From NCBI GenBank assembly GCA_041483895.1, contig JBGPGO010000002.1, positions 96,001 to 160,000 of the forward strand: a DNA stretch of 64,000 nt. Reading direction: 5' to 3'. The notes beneath the pieces were generated by a model. The model ran no database searches. It was not told where the DNA came from and saw only the letters and a list, made by a program, of their open reading frames with translations. Source of the stretch: Fimbriimonadia bacterium. Its GTDB lineage: Bacteria > Armatimonadota > Fimbriimonadia > Fimbriimonadales > JABRVX01. The translations under genes and the position numbers were made by a program. The number at the start of each line of letters is the position of its first letter. The first letter of the stretch is position 1. Below, in pieces: positions 16,912-25,786 of the stretch.

Positions 16912-18603
16912 CTAATCGTGGAACAGCAACGCATTCGCCATCTCGATTAGCAGGCAGTCAATTGGTTCCTCGACAGAACCCACGATGTAACCGGTCTTGA
17001 ACCGGACGTCGTATTCGTCTCTCTTGTTCTTCTCCAATAGTTTGGAGAAGTCAATCGCGCAATTGGCGACAATGGTTTCGAACTCCAGCAATGCGTCGAG
17101 ATCGTTCTCAATATCCAGAGCGGCATTCAATGCCTCGGCGCAGTCTTCCGTAATCTTACACTTCTGTGTCACGCCCGCCGCCACGGTCATGAAATACTCG
17201 ATGGTGCATCGAATGTCATCACGCGACGGCACCTGGACGATGAAGCATCGCTCGGCGAAGAACGGTTGAGAAATCCCTCCGCCTTCCAACTGGAACACGT
17301 ATACAACCTGCAAGGTATACGTTGTGCCGGGCGGAGAGAAAAGCAGGCATCGATCGCCAAGGCATTGCTCGCCATCCGGCCGTTCGAGCGCAATCTGGCA
17401 CAGCGAAGTGTCAAGATCATCAATCGTTGCCTTATGGAGCTTTGAGTCGAAGTTTGTGTTCAGCCCGGCGCCAATTCCGGTCTCGAAAATGCTGCACTTG
17501 ATCGTCGGAGTAATCTTCGTCAATCGCACGGCCTGGACAATCAGGTCCGGGTCCTCCGTATCGACTCCGTTGCACTCCAAGACGTCACCGACTGTGATGC
17601 CGTCGACGTTGATCACTTCAGGCCGGAAGATCGTGGTCGTCTGCTTTGTGAAAGGATCGATGGCGCGTGATTCCTTTTGACAGATGAGATTCGGCACCAA
17701 TGTACAGCACGGTGACACGGTGGGGAAATCCACGGTGATGGCAACGGCGCTCCAGCAGTCCGAGTAATCGCCAAAATCGATGGGTTGAGATGTGAAGTGC
17801 AGGTTGTTGTTACCCAACACAAGGAACGGCGCCAAATCGTACGTCTCGATGTCCCATAGGTTCCCATTGTTGATGGGACCATTGTTATCGGAGGGGACAG
17901 ATTCTCCCTCGAATATTGGACCCGCTGCCAAGAAAAGCGCGCCGTTGATATCGATCTCGGGATCAAGGAAGCCGAAAAACCCATCGTCATCGTTCTGCCC
18001 ATCAGCGACATGGAACGTTATGTTTGCCGTACCGCCTTTGTACGGCAGGTCCTTCAGGTTGATATCCCAATTATCCGTATCATAGGGGTTCGGGATGTTC
18101 GAATCGTTGCCGTGAAACAGATATACGTCTCGGTTGTTGCTCGGATCGCCGTCTTGGAAAAAGATGATGAGCGAGGCGCCATTGAAACTGACGCCATCAT
18201 CTGCACGAAGATCCGTCAGTGCATAGTCGCCATTCCGTTTGGGATCCACAATGGAGGTCACGTCCGCTCGATAGGCCTGCGAATTTGCATAGGGCCAGCA
18301 GTTGCTGCCGGAGAACCCAATGTTGGTGCCGATGATGGTCGTTCCGTCAAACGTGATTGTGCGTGCCGCGTTTGGATCGTCAGTATCGTTCACCGCGTGC
18401 CAATACAAGTACGCTTTCCAGACGTCTCCGGTGATACCGGCAACGGTAATCTTTCCGCTGGTCTGCCCTCGGAGGCCGCCGACTCCGAACGACGCGAAAT
18501 CCGTATTGGCCATCAGCACGGGGCTGGCCTTGTCAAAGTTCTTTGCCGCGCAGAGGATCGGTAGCGCCAATATCGCGGCGCACGCCAAATGTCTCCAGTT
18601 CAA
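16912..18603 (-). CDS. Secreted protein: DUF3344-like cargo + conserved Cys-rich C-terminal domain (paralog 3)
   Basis: Full-length paralog of 15036-16709; TTG start at 18603 chosen from the GAAGGAG RBS, the signal peptide and identical promoter spacing. Confidence 0.85.
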   Translation of the reverse strand: MNWRHLACAAILALPILCAAKNFDKASPVLMANTDFASFGVGGLRGQTSGKITVAGITGDVWKAYLYWHAVNDTDDPNAARTITFDGTTIIGTNIGFSGSNCWPYANSQAYRADVTSIVDPKRNGDYALTDLRADDGVSFNGASLIIFFQDGDPSNNRDVYLFHGNDSNIPNPYDTDNWDINLKDLPYKGGTANITFHVADGQNDDDGFFGFLDPEIDINGALFLAAGPIFEGESVPSDNNGPINNGNLWDIETYDLAPFLVLGNNNLHFTSQPIDFGDYSDCWSAVAITVDFPTVSPCCTLVPNLICQKESRAIDPFTKQTTTIFRPEVINVDGITVGDVLECNGVDTEDPDLIVQAVRLTKITPTIKCSIFETGIGAGLNTNFDSKLHKATIDDLDTSLCQIALERPDGEQCLGDRCLLFSPPGTTYTLQVVYVFQLEGGGISQPFFAERCFIVQVPSRDDIRCTIEYFMTVAAGVTQKCKITEDCAEALNAALDIENDLDALLEFETIVANCAIDFSKLLEKNKRDEYDVRFKTGYIVGSVEEPIDCLLIEMANALLFHD

Positions 18604-18640
18604 AGTGCTCTCTCCTTCAAAAAAGACTGAACCAACCCCC

Positions 18641-18669
18641 ATTGTATCAAAAGGACACTGGTTAAGCTA
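18641..18669 (-). promoter_or_regulatory. Putative promoter TAGCTT-N17-TACAAT with extended -10
   Basis: Same motif and spacing as 16747-16775. Confidence 0.65.
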
Positions 18670-18685
18670 CGGGGCGGCAAAAATA

Positions 18686-19306
18686 CTAGAGCGTTCCGTA
18701 CAAACGGTCCCCATAGTCTCCAAGGCCGGGGAGAATGTATTTTCGATCGTCCAGGCTCCGATCGATGGAGGTCGTGAAGATTTCGGTCTCCGGGTGCTCG
18801 CCGAGCAGGCGGTCAATTCCTGTGGGGGTGGCCACGACGGCGATCATCTTTATCGTTCGGGCGCCGGCATCCCGCAACAGCCCCGCGGCCTGCGCCGCCG
18901 AGCCGCCGGTCGCGAGCATCGGGTCGCACAAGAGAACGGTCATCCCGTCCATTTTGGGCAGTTTGCAGTAATAGGAGGTCGCGATTGCGGTCGTCTCGTC
19001 CCTCTCCAGTCCGATGTATCCGACGGAGACGTTGGTAAACAGCTCGGCAATCGGCTCGAGCATCCCCAGGCCCGCGCGGAGGATCGGGACGACCACCAGC
19101 GTCTCGGAAAGCAGCCGGCCCTCGGTTTCCTCCAGCGGCGTGCGGACCTTCACGTTCGTGGTGGTCAGGTCTCGGGTCGCCTCGACCGCCAAGATTGTCG
19201 TCAGCCGCCGGGAGTAGTGTCGGAACGCATCCGGCGGGGTGCTCTCGTCCCGGAGCAGGGTCAGCAGGTGCTGGGCAAGAGGGTGATCGACGATCGCAAC
19301 GGGCAT
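18686..19306 (-). CDS. upp: Uracil phosphoribosyltransferase
   Basis: VPILRAGLGM, GLERDE, DPMLATGGS, YILPGLGDYGDRLYGT. Confidence 0.97.
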   Translation of the reverse strand: MPVAIVDHPLAQHLLTLLRDESTPPDAFRHYSRRLTTILAVEATRDLTTTNVKVRTPLEETEGRLLSETLVVVPILRAGLGMLEPIAELFTNVSVGYIGLERDETTAIATSYYCKLPKMDGMTVLLCDPMLATGGSAAQAAGLLRDAGARTIKMIAVVATPTGIDRLLGEHPETEIFTTSIDRSLDDRKYILPGLGDYGDRLYGTL

Positions 19307-19309
19307 GGG

Positions 19310-20488
19310 CTACCGATTCCCGAACGAAACATGCAACTCCTGCTCCAGGTGGCGGAGCCGATCTCGTAACGGTGGGAGTTTCACCCGCCTCGCAGTAGAT
19401 GAAATTGTCGGGAGGCCATTGAGTCGATACAGGTTTTCCAGCCCGGATGCGAGCGCGCTTGGATCGCTGAGCGCCAACGCTGCTCTCACGTCGGCTTTAT
19501 GTATCAGATTCTCCCTTATGGACTGCGTGGCAAAATCTGCCATGCTGAACAGGAAGTAGGCGGCAAAACTACCCAGGAGCGGGTAGGCCAAGAAAGTATC
19601 GATGTACCAGGCTGTCGGTATCGACATGAGGCCCATCGCTGTGATAAACCAAGCGACCCCGGAAGGTATCATGAGCAGCCTCTGCGGAGTGCCCGTGTTG
19701 AAAATCCTGCTCTGTACAATCAACGCGACAATCTCTTCGTCCGGCATGTGGTTTAGTAAGTGCTCGGTTAAAGTGACAAGGCCGGCGAGGGCATGGCAAC
19801 CGGCCAAGTGCGCATCGGAATCTGCCGCAACGGATATTCTTACTGTTTTCGCCTTCCCGATCGCGTCGGCCTGACCGACCAAGCGCTTGACGCGATCATC
19901 CGGCAGAACGTGGCTGCTCGTGGCCTTGAGAAATGCAATAGTGGCGGTCGCGACGGCAAAGAACGTGACGATGCCCGCGGATAGAAATATCGGCGAAATC
20001 CATATATTCAGTTCATCAGTCGTCATGGAAGTAAGAGCGGCTTGGCGACAGACTTCTAGCGCTACCAATGTCGATAGGAAAAACATTTCATCCATCAAAT
20101 GCGCGAAGAGCACCTGAAGCATCATCCTGGCGCGTGACCAAGTCGCTCCGCGCATCGCCCTATCAAATTCGTAGTTGCCAGCCACAGATGCCAAGCGAAA
20201 ACCGATGGCCCAGAGTAGCGCCAAAGGAACCGTTAGCCGCCACCAATCGCTGCCAATCTCGTCCGGTCCATAGCATGAAAAGGCGATGAATGCCAGCGGA
20301 AAGGTGCCAAGGAGACGCAGGAATCGGAAGAGATACCGGCGTTGGTGGAGATTTTCCCATGCTCGATCGATTCGGTTGGGGTCGTCGCGGGAAGCACCCA
20401 GGATGCCCGGCAATGTGTATTGGCGTCCGAGCCAATAGGCCCAGATCCAACTGGCGACAATCAGCGCACCGGCAACGGCGATCTCCAT
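19310..20488 (-). CDS. M48-peptidase-like membrane protein lacking HExxH (probable pseudo-peptidase)
   Basis: Homologous to 20490-21662 (NYEFDRAMRGATW vs NFELDRSTRATTW; KAD..A, LASGLENL, PPLRDRL), but HExxH is replaced by VQSRI. Confidence 0.65.
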   Translation of the reverse strand: MEIAVAGALIVASWIWAYWLGRQYTLPGILGASRDDPNRIDRAWENLHQRRYLFRFLRLLGTFPLAFIAFSCYGPDEIGSDWWRLTVPLALLWAIGFRLASVAGNYEFDRAMRGATWSRARMMLQVLFAHLMDEMFFLSTLVALEVCRQAALTSMTTDELNIWISPIFLSAGIVTFFAVATATIAFLKATSSHVLPDDRVKRLVGQADAIGKAKTVRISVAADSDAHLAGCHALAGLVTLTEHLLNHMPDEEIVALIVQSRIFNTGTPQRLLMIPSGVAWFITAMGLMSIPTAWYIDTFLAYPLLGSFAAYFLFSMADFATQSIRENLIHKADVRAALALSDPSALASGLENLYRLNGLPTISSTARRVKLPPLRDRLRHLEQELHVSFGNR

Positions 20489-20489
20489 A

Positions 20490-21662
20490 CTAACGTTCCC
20501 CCTCCACAGACTGAGTGATGCTGAGCGATCGGATTCTGTCCATCCGGGCGGTGAGAGACGGGTGGGTCATCTTGGCCTTCTTTGGGAACTCCGCCGGAAG
20601 AGATGCCAGGTCGTGAATCTTCTCCAACGCCGTTGCCATAGTTTCCGTGTCGCCGATCAGCCGCGCGCCATAGACGTCCGCCGCGAACTCCTGCAGCCGC
20701 GCAAGGCGTCGCATCGCCGCATTGGCCATGGTGAACAAAAGAAACGGGATCACCCAAACCGTCAACGGTGTGTTGCTGAACAGATATTTGATCGTTTCCG
20801 GCGTGGCGAACACGAGAGTCTCGGCGATCAGCAACAGAGGAATGAGCAAGATCGCCTGCCGCTTCCACAAATGCCGCAGGGCGATGTGCGCGATCTCATG
20901 GGCCGCAATCGCGCGAAGCTCTTCCGGCGTCAGGTCCGTTTTGAGAAACTGGCTGATGATGACTCCGCTTTTCGTCGCGAAAGCAAGCGGGATGCGGCCT
21001 CCGGTTTCCCGGATCTCAAACACCTTTGCGGGCTTCACCTTGGCCGTCTCGCACAGCCCACTCACAACCTCGATGAGCGATGCATCTTCCGACCGCTGAA
21101 AGCGCAGGTTTTTCGATACCAGTGCCGCCAACGGCCTTCCGGCAATCATCGCCACCACGGCCGATGCGCCGACGGCAAGACGCCAATACTCGGAATCATA
21201 ATACGCCGGAGCGAGCTGCCGGCAGATTTCCAGAATCAGGATGGCGATCAGCGGAATCATGAGGCGCCAGGTCCAAAACGTCAGCGCATACCGAACAAAG
21301 TCTTGGCTCTGCCATGTCGTTGCGCGGGTGCTGCGGTCCAGTTCAAAGTTGCAGCGTGCCATCACCCATGCGCAACCGGCAAACCATACGAAGGCGATGA
21401 GCGTCAGGAATCGCCAAGCAATGGTCCCAAAATCGGCGTCGATCGTGAGCAGCAAGAAGATGGGTGCGCATGCGGGAATCTGCCATACTCCGACCCTCTC
21501 TTTTCGCGCGATGATACGATCCCATAGCTCCTTGGCGCGATCTCCCCGATCCTCCGGCAGATCACTCAACAGTCCGGTGATGAATCGCCGCATCACCCAG
21601 CCGAGATAGATCCAGCTGATCGGGATCAGGATCAAAGTCGCGATAAGCTTCGTGTCAATCAT
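20490..21662 (-). CDS. M48 (HtpX/Ste24-like) membrane metallopeptidase
   Basis: EELRAIAAHEIAH, QEFAAD, THPSLTARM; multiple TM segments. Confidence 0.9.
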   Translation of the reverse strand: MIDTKLIATLILIPISWIYLGWVMRRFITGLLSDLPEDRGDRAKELWDRIIARKERVGVWQIPACAPIFLLLTIDADFGTIAWRFLTLIAFVWFAGCAWVMARCNFELDRSTRATTWQSQDFVRYALTFWTWRLMIPLIAILILEICRQLAPAYYDSEYWRLAVGASAVVAMIAGRPLAALVSKNLRFQRSEDASLIEVVSGLCETAKVKPAKVFEIRETGGRIPLAFATKSGVIISQFLKTDLTPEELRAIAAHEIAHIALRHLWKRQAILLIPLLLIAETLVFATPETIKYLFSNTPLTVWVIPFLLFTMANAAMRRLARLQEFAADVYGARLIGDTETMATALEKIHDLASLPAEFPKKAKMTHPSLTARMDRIRSLSITQSVEGER

Positions 21663-22214
21663 TCAGCGAACGTCCCTATCGATAAACGAGAAGCATACCG
21701 CGTCGTGCGGTACGCCGTAGATGAGCAGGCGGTTGCGGAGAATGCCCTCCCGTGTCGCACCGGCCTTTTCCGCCACGCGGATGCTTGCCAAATTCCGCAC
21801 GCTCGCCAGAATCTCGATGCGAACGAGGGTGAGGTCCTCGATGCCGATCCGAGCCAGCAGCCGGGTCGCCGCTGTCGCGAAACCTTGGCCCGCCCGTGAG
21901 GTCCGCACCCAATACCCAAGGTTCGCGAAACGATGCACGTAGCTAATCTGGTTGAGTCCGCAGCCGCCAACCATCTGCCTCGTCGCCACATCTTCGATAA
22001 CAAACGAATAATCCATCCCCGCATCCCATGCCGCGTCTCGTCCACCAATCCACTCCGCACTGTCCGACCGCGCATATTTCGGATGGCACCAGGGCAGAAA
22101 CGCGCCGACTTCCGCAATCGATTCCCGCGCGCTCGCAAAAAGCCGGTCCACGTCATCCATGCGATACCGCCGGATCCGCACTCTGCCGTCGTTCATTTCG
22201 GTCCGCACTGCCAT
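21663..22214 (-). CDS. RimJ/RimL-type GNAT N-acetyltransferase
   Basis: ANLGYWV...GQGFATAA, N.ASIRVAEKAG..REG; start trimmed to MAVRT. Confidence 0.9.
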   Translation of the reverse strand: MAVRTEMNDGRVRIRRYRMDDVDRLFASARESIAEVGAFLPWCHPKYARSDSAEWIGGRDAAWDAGMDYSFVIEDVATRQMVGGCGLNQISYVHRFANLGYWVRTSRAGQGFATAATRLLARIGIEDLTLVRIEILASVRNLASIRVAEKAGATREGILRNRLLIYGVPHDAVCFSFIDRDVR

Positions 22215-22308
22215 AATGAGGGCTATCTTACCAGCCGGCTGCAACGAAATGGCGCCGGAAGGAGGTAAAGAGATGGGCAGAGAACCGGTTGGAAGGGGAG
22301 GACGAACG

Positions 22309-23085
22309 ATGAAGGTTGCAATGTTGGCGGGGGTATTCTCGATGGTGATGGTCGGCTGTTCCCGCTTTTCGCCCTTAGGCGCCGGAATGGTGCGTGGTTC
22401 CGGCAAGGTGTCGTCGCAGACCCGGCAGATCGGAGATTTCCGAAAGTTGGAGGCCGGGCTGGCGATTGACGTCGATGTGATTGTAGGCCCCAAGCCCTCG
22501 CTGCAAATCGATGCGGAGGACAACATCATTCCCCTCATCGAGTCGAAAATTGCGGGAGATACCCTCACGCTCACAAGCACGAAGTCCTTCAGCACCACGA
22601 AGCCGGTTCACGTTATCGTGACCGTGCCAAACCTCGATGCGGTCAAAGCTACCGGTGCAGGCTCGATCAAGATAAAAGGTCTGGACGCCGACAAGTTCGA
22701 CCTTGATGCCAGCGGCGCGGGCAACGTGATCGTGGAGGGCAAGGCGAAGGCGATTAATGTGGACGGTTCCGGCGCGGGCAAGGTGGTTTTGAAAGGGCTG
22801 AACTCCGACGAGCTCCGGTTGAAGTTGAGCGGAGCGGGCAGCGTGCAGGCCGATGGCAAAACGCGGCGCATGGATGCTGATCTGTCCGGCGCGGGGGACC
22901 TGCAGGCATTCGATCTGACGGCGGTGGAGGCCAATATCAGGTCATCGGGCGCGGGCACGGCTCGAATAACCACCACAGATACAATTCATGCCAAAGTATC
23001 GGGAGCAGGAAATATTACCTATGGCGGCAAACCTCCTAGCGTGTCCAAAGAAATAACCGGAGCGGGTTCCATTCGTGAGCGATAA
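22309..23085 (+). CDS. DUF2807/GIN-domain lipoprotein
   Basis: Lipobox MVGC; GSGKV...R.IGDF; repeated SGAG beta-helix units; GGAGG RBS. Confidence 0.88.
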   Translation: MKVAMLAGVFSMVMVGCSRFSPLGAGMVRGSGKVSSQTRQIGDFRKLEAGLAIDVDVIVGPKPSLQIDAEDNIIPLIESKIAGDTLTLTSTKSFSTTKPVHVIVTVPNLDAVKATGAGSIKIKGLDADKFDLDASGAGNVIVEGKAKAINVDGSGAGKVVLKGLNSDELRLKLSGAGSVQADGKTRRMDADLSGAGDLQAFDLTAVEANIRSSGAGTARITTTDTIHAKVSGAGNITYGGKPPSVSKEITGAGSIRER

Positions 23086-23088
23086 CGG

Positions 23089-24339
23089 ATGCTAGTCTGG
23101 CTGGCAAGTCGGACAACGCTCCGATTCTGGCTGTTTTTGGTCTCTTCACAGGTCTTCTGCCTGCTGCTGCTCGTCGGTTGGCGCGTGCGCGGCTACACCG
23201 CCCCGCCGCCACCCCCGCTCAAAATTTGGAATGTCGTCGATATTCCGAGCCGGTTGGCGAAGTTCGAGCCGGTCTACGGGTGCTATATCGGCGCGTACAT
23301 CGACCTCGATCCGTCCATCAAATCCATGTATAAGGATTTGGACAATCGCCCGCACCGGGAGCCGGAAGAGTTCGAGAAGCTGGTAGGCAAGCCGCACGCC
23401 ATGTACTTTTTCTATCTCGGCTACGGAAAGAAGATGCCGACCGACTGGGTGATGCGCCTTGGCGATCAGGGGAAATTCGCACACATCGCGCTGGAGCCGA
23501 ATTGGGGCCTCAGCAAAGTGAAAGAGGACGATTACCTGCGCGGCCTGGCGGATGCCATCCGATCGACAGGGGTCAAAGTGTTCCTGCGATTCGGTTCGGA
23601 GATGAATGGCGATTGGACCCACTACGGAGGCAATCCGCGACTCTACATCGAGAAGTTTCGATTGGTCGCGAAGGTGATGCATGAGCGCGCCCCGAATGTC
23701 GCCATGGTCTGGTGCCCGTATGCGACTCCTGTCCACACCATCCCGCGATACTTTCCCGGCGATGATGCGGTGGATTGGGTGGGAGTGAACATCTATAACG
23801 TGATCCATCACGACAACAACCGGCGCAGAATCGCGACGCACGAAAGCCCCACCTCGCTCTTGGATTATGTCTACAAACGATATTCTGACAGGAAGCCAAT
23901 TATGATTGGAGAGTACGGCGCAACGCATCGGTCGACAACCATGCGGCGGCCGTGGCCCGAGTATGCGGTGACCAGAATTCGCGAGCTGTACGCCGCGCTT
24001 CCGAAAAGATACCCGCGTGTGAAGTGCATCAACTATTTCAGCGGCAACAACATCGAGCAGGTGGAAGATAGGGCGTACAACGACTACAGCGTCACCAACG
24101 ACTCGCAGGTGCTCGCCGCGTACAAACAGGCAATCTCTTCGTCCTACTTTCTCACCGGCCCGCTGGGGGATGTCGGCCAAGCGGCCACCGTGCCGACGCG
24201 CAAGGACGAGATAACTGTCTGGGTCTGCCCCGAGACCGGCGCGACGGCTGGGGCGTATTGCACCAACGCCGTGCCGCGGGAACTGCCGGCCGGTTTGCGC
24301 CCGCCGCCGCTCTGCCGCGCCCACCGCTTATCCCAGTAG
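23089..24339 (+). CDS. Membrane-anchored GH26-like glycoside hydrolase with a C-terminal Cys/His motif
   Basis: LRFGSEMNGDW, YFPGDDAVDWVG, KPIMIGEYG (GH-A acid/base and nucleophile Glu); N-terminal TM. Confidence 0.85.
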   Translation: MLVWLASRTTLRFWLFLVSSQVFCLLLLVGWRVRGYTAPPPPPLKIWNVVDIPSRLAKFEPVYGCYIGAYIDLDPSIKSMYKDLDNRPHREPEEFEKLVGKPHAMYFFYLGYGKKMPTDWVMRLGDQGKFAHIALEPNWGLSKVKEDDYLRGLADAIRSTGVKVFLRFGSEMNGDWTHYGGNPRLYIEKFRLVAKVMHERAPNVAMVWCPYATPVHTIPRYFPGDDAVDWVGVNIYNVIHHDNNRRRIATHESPTSLLDYVYKRYSDRKPIMIGEYGATHRSTTMRRPWPEYAVTRIRELYAALPKRYPRVKCINYFSGNNIEQVEDRAYNDYSVTNDSQVLAAYKQAISSSYFLTGPLGDVGQAATVPTRKDEITVWVCPETGATAGAYCTNAVPRELPAGLRPPPLCRAHRLSQ

Positions 24340-24386
24340 CCGCGTCATCAATTCAAAAGTAGCCGCGGTTCCTCGTTCTACTGATC

Positions 24387-24392
24387 TACAAT
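24387..24392 (+). promoter_or_regulatory. -10 box 6 nt before the cca ATG (leaderless-type)
   Basis: TACAAT-CGCTGC-ATG with no SD. Confidence 0.55.
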
Positions 24393-24398
24393 CGCTGC

Positions 24399-25772
24399 AT
24401 GCCCGCGCGCGAAGCTATCGATACCATCCGGACGGCGACGAGGGGAACAGACTATGAGAGCAAGCTGTTCCTTGTCGGCGGGTACGTGCGCGACAAGCTC
24501 TTGGGCCTTCCGATCCAAGACGACCTCGATATCGTGCTCGAAGGCGACGGGGTCGCGCTCGCGCGGTTCCTGTTTGAGAAGGGCATCTGCGACCACGCGC
24601 CGGTCGTTTACCCCCGTTTCGGCACCGCGAAAACGTCGGTAAATGGGGTCTCGATCGAAATTGTGGGCGCGCGGGCGGAATCGTATGAGGACACCAGCCG
24701 CAAGCCGATGGTATCACAAGCGACCTTGCTCGACGACGCGAAACGCAGGGACTTCACGGTCAACACCCTGCTGGAAAACCTCCACACCGGCGAAATCGCG
24801 GACCCGCTCGGCCGGGCCCGAAAGGACCTGAAAGACGGTCTCATCATCACGCCACTGGAGCCGGAGGAGACCTTCAGCGACGACCCATTGCGCATGCTCC
24901 GCGCCATCCGTTTCGCCGTCCGCCTCGATTTCCAAATCGCGCCGGAATGCGAGGAGGCCATCCGTCACCAAACCAGACGGCTCAAGATCGTCAGCGGGGA
25001 GCGCATTCGGGACGAATTCACCAAAATGCTCCTTCACCCAAACGCCGGGACAGCCCTGCGATGGATGCAGCGGCTCGGCCTGCTCGCGGTCTTCGCGCCG
25101 GAATTGGAGGCGATGGTCGGGGTCACACAGAATTGGGCGCACATCTATGACGTATGGGAACACACCGTCGTCGCCATCGAGGCCCTGCCGGACGACGCCT
25201 CCCTGGCAGCGCGTCTCGGCGTCCTACTGCACGACATCGGCAAGCCGATGACCAAGACGACGGACGACAAAGGCGAGGTGCATTTCTACGACCATCAGAC
25301 GGTCGGTCTGGAACCGGCGGGCAAGTTCTTGCGCCGTCAGCGCTTTCCCAACGACGTGAGCGACAGCGCGCTGAAATTGGTGGCGCTGCACATGCGGCCC
25401 GGCGGGTATCGCACGGGCTGGTCGGATGGAGCGGTCCGCCGCTTGGTCCGGGATGCCGGCGAAGACCTGCAAGACCTGTTCATCGTCTGCCGCGCCGATT
25501 CCATGGCCCATCGCCCGGACGCCCTGCATCCGGACTACGATGGCCTGGAGGCCCGCATCCAAGAGTTGGAGCGGCAGTTTTCCACCCAAAAGGCCGAATC
25601 GCCGCTAACGGGCCAGGAGATTATGGACCGCTTTGACATCGAGCCCGGTCCGGCGGTTGGCCGCCTGAAATCGCTGCTGGAGGAGGCCGTGCTGGAAGGT
25701 AGTCTCAAACCGGGCGACAAAGAGGCCGCCTGGGCCCTGTTGGCGTCGCAATCGGAACCGAAAAGCAGGTAA
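24399..25772 (+). CDS. cca: CCA tRNA nucleotidyltransferase with HD domain
   Basis: VGGYVRD...DLDI, RRDFTVN, DDPLRMLRAIRF, SGERIRDE, LLHDIGKP. Confidence 0.93.
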   Translation: MPAREAIDTIRTATRGTDYESKLFLVGGYVRDKLLGLPIQDDLDIVLEGDGVALARFLFEKGICDHAPVVYPRFGTAKTSVNGVSIEIVGARAESYEDTSRKPMVSQATLLDDAKRRDFTVNTLLENLHTGEIADPLGRARKDLKDGLIITPLEPEETFSDDPLRMLRAIRFAVRLDFQIAPECEEAIRHQTRRLKIVSGERIRDEFTKMLLHPNAGTALRWMQRLGLLAVFAPELEAMVGVTQNWAHIYDVWEHTVVAIEALPDDASLAARLGVLLHDIGKPMTKTTDDKGEVHFYDHQTVGLEPAGKFLRRQRFPNDVSDSALKLVALHMRPGGYRTGWSDGAVRRLVRDAGEDLQDLFIVCRADSMAHRPDALHPDYDGLEARIQELERQFSTQKAESPLTGQEIMDRFDIEPGPAVGRLKSLLEEAVLEGSLKPGDKEAAWALLASQSEPKSR

Positions 25773-25786
25773 AACACTAGACAAAA

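Noticed and set aside
22239..22270. ECF-like promoter (TGCAAC...GGTAAA) upstream of the GIN lipoprotein
   Set aside because: The -10 match is weak and there is no second example to support it
23146..24324. 392-aa antisense ORF, and similar long shadow ORFs (3247-4431, 18302-19369, 20562-21527, 27349-28359, 34058-35002, 39772-40677)
   Set aside because: They overlap well-supported genes, have no recognisable motifs, and are expected from high-GC codon bias
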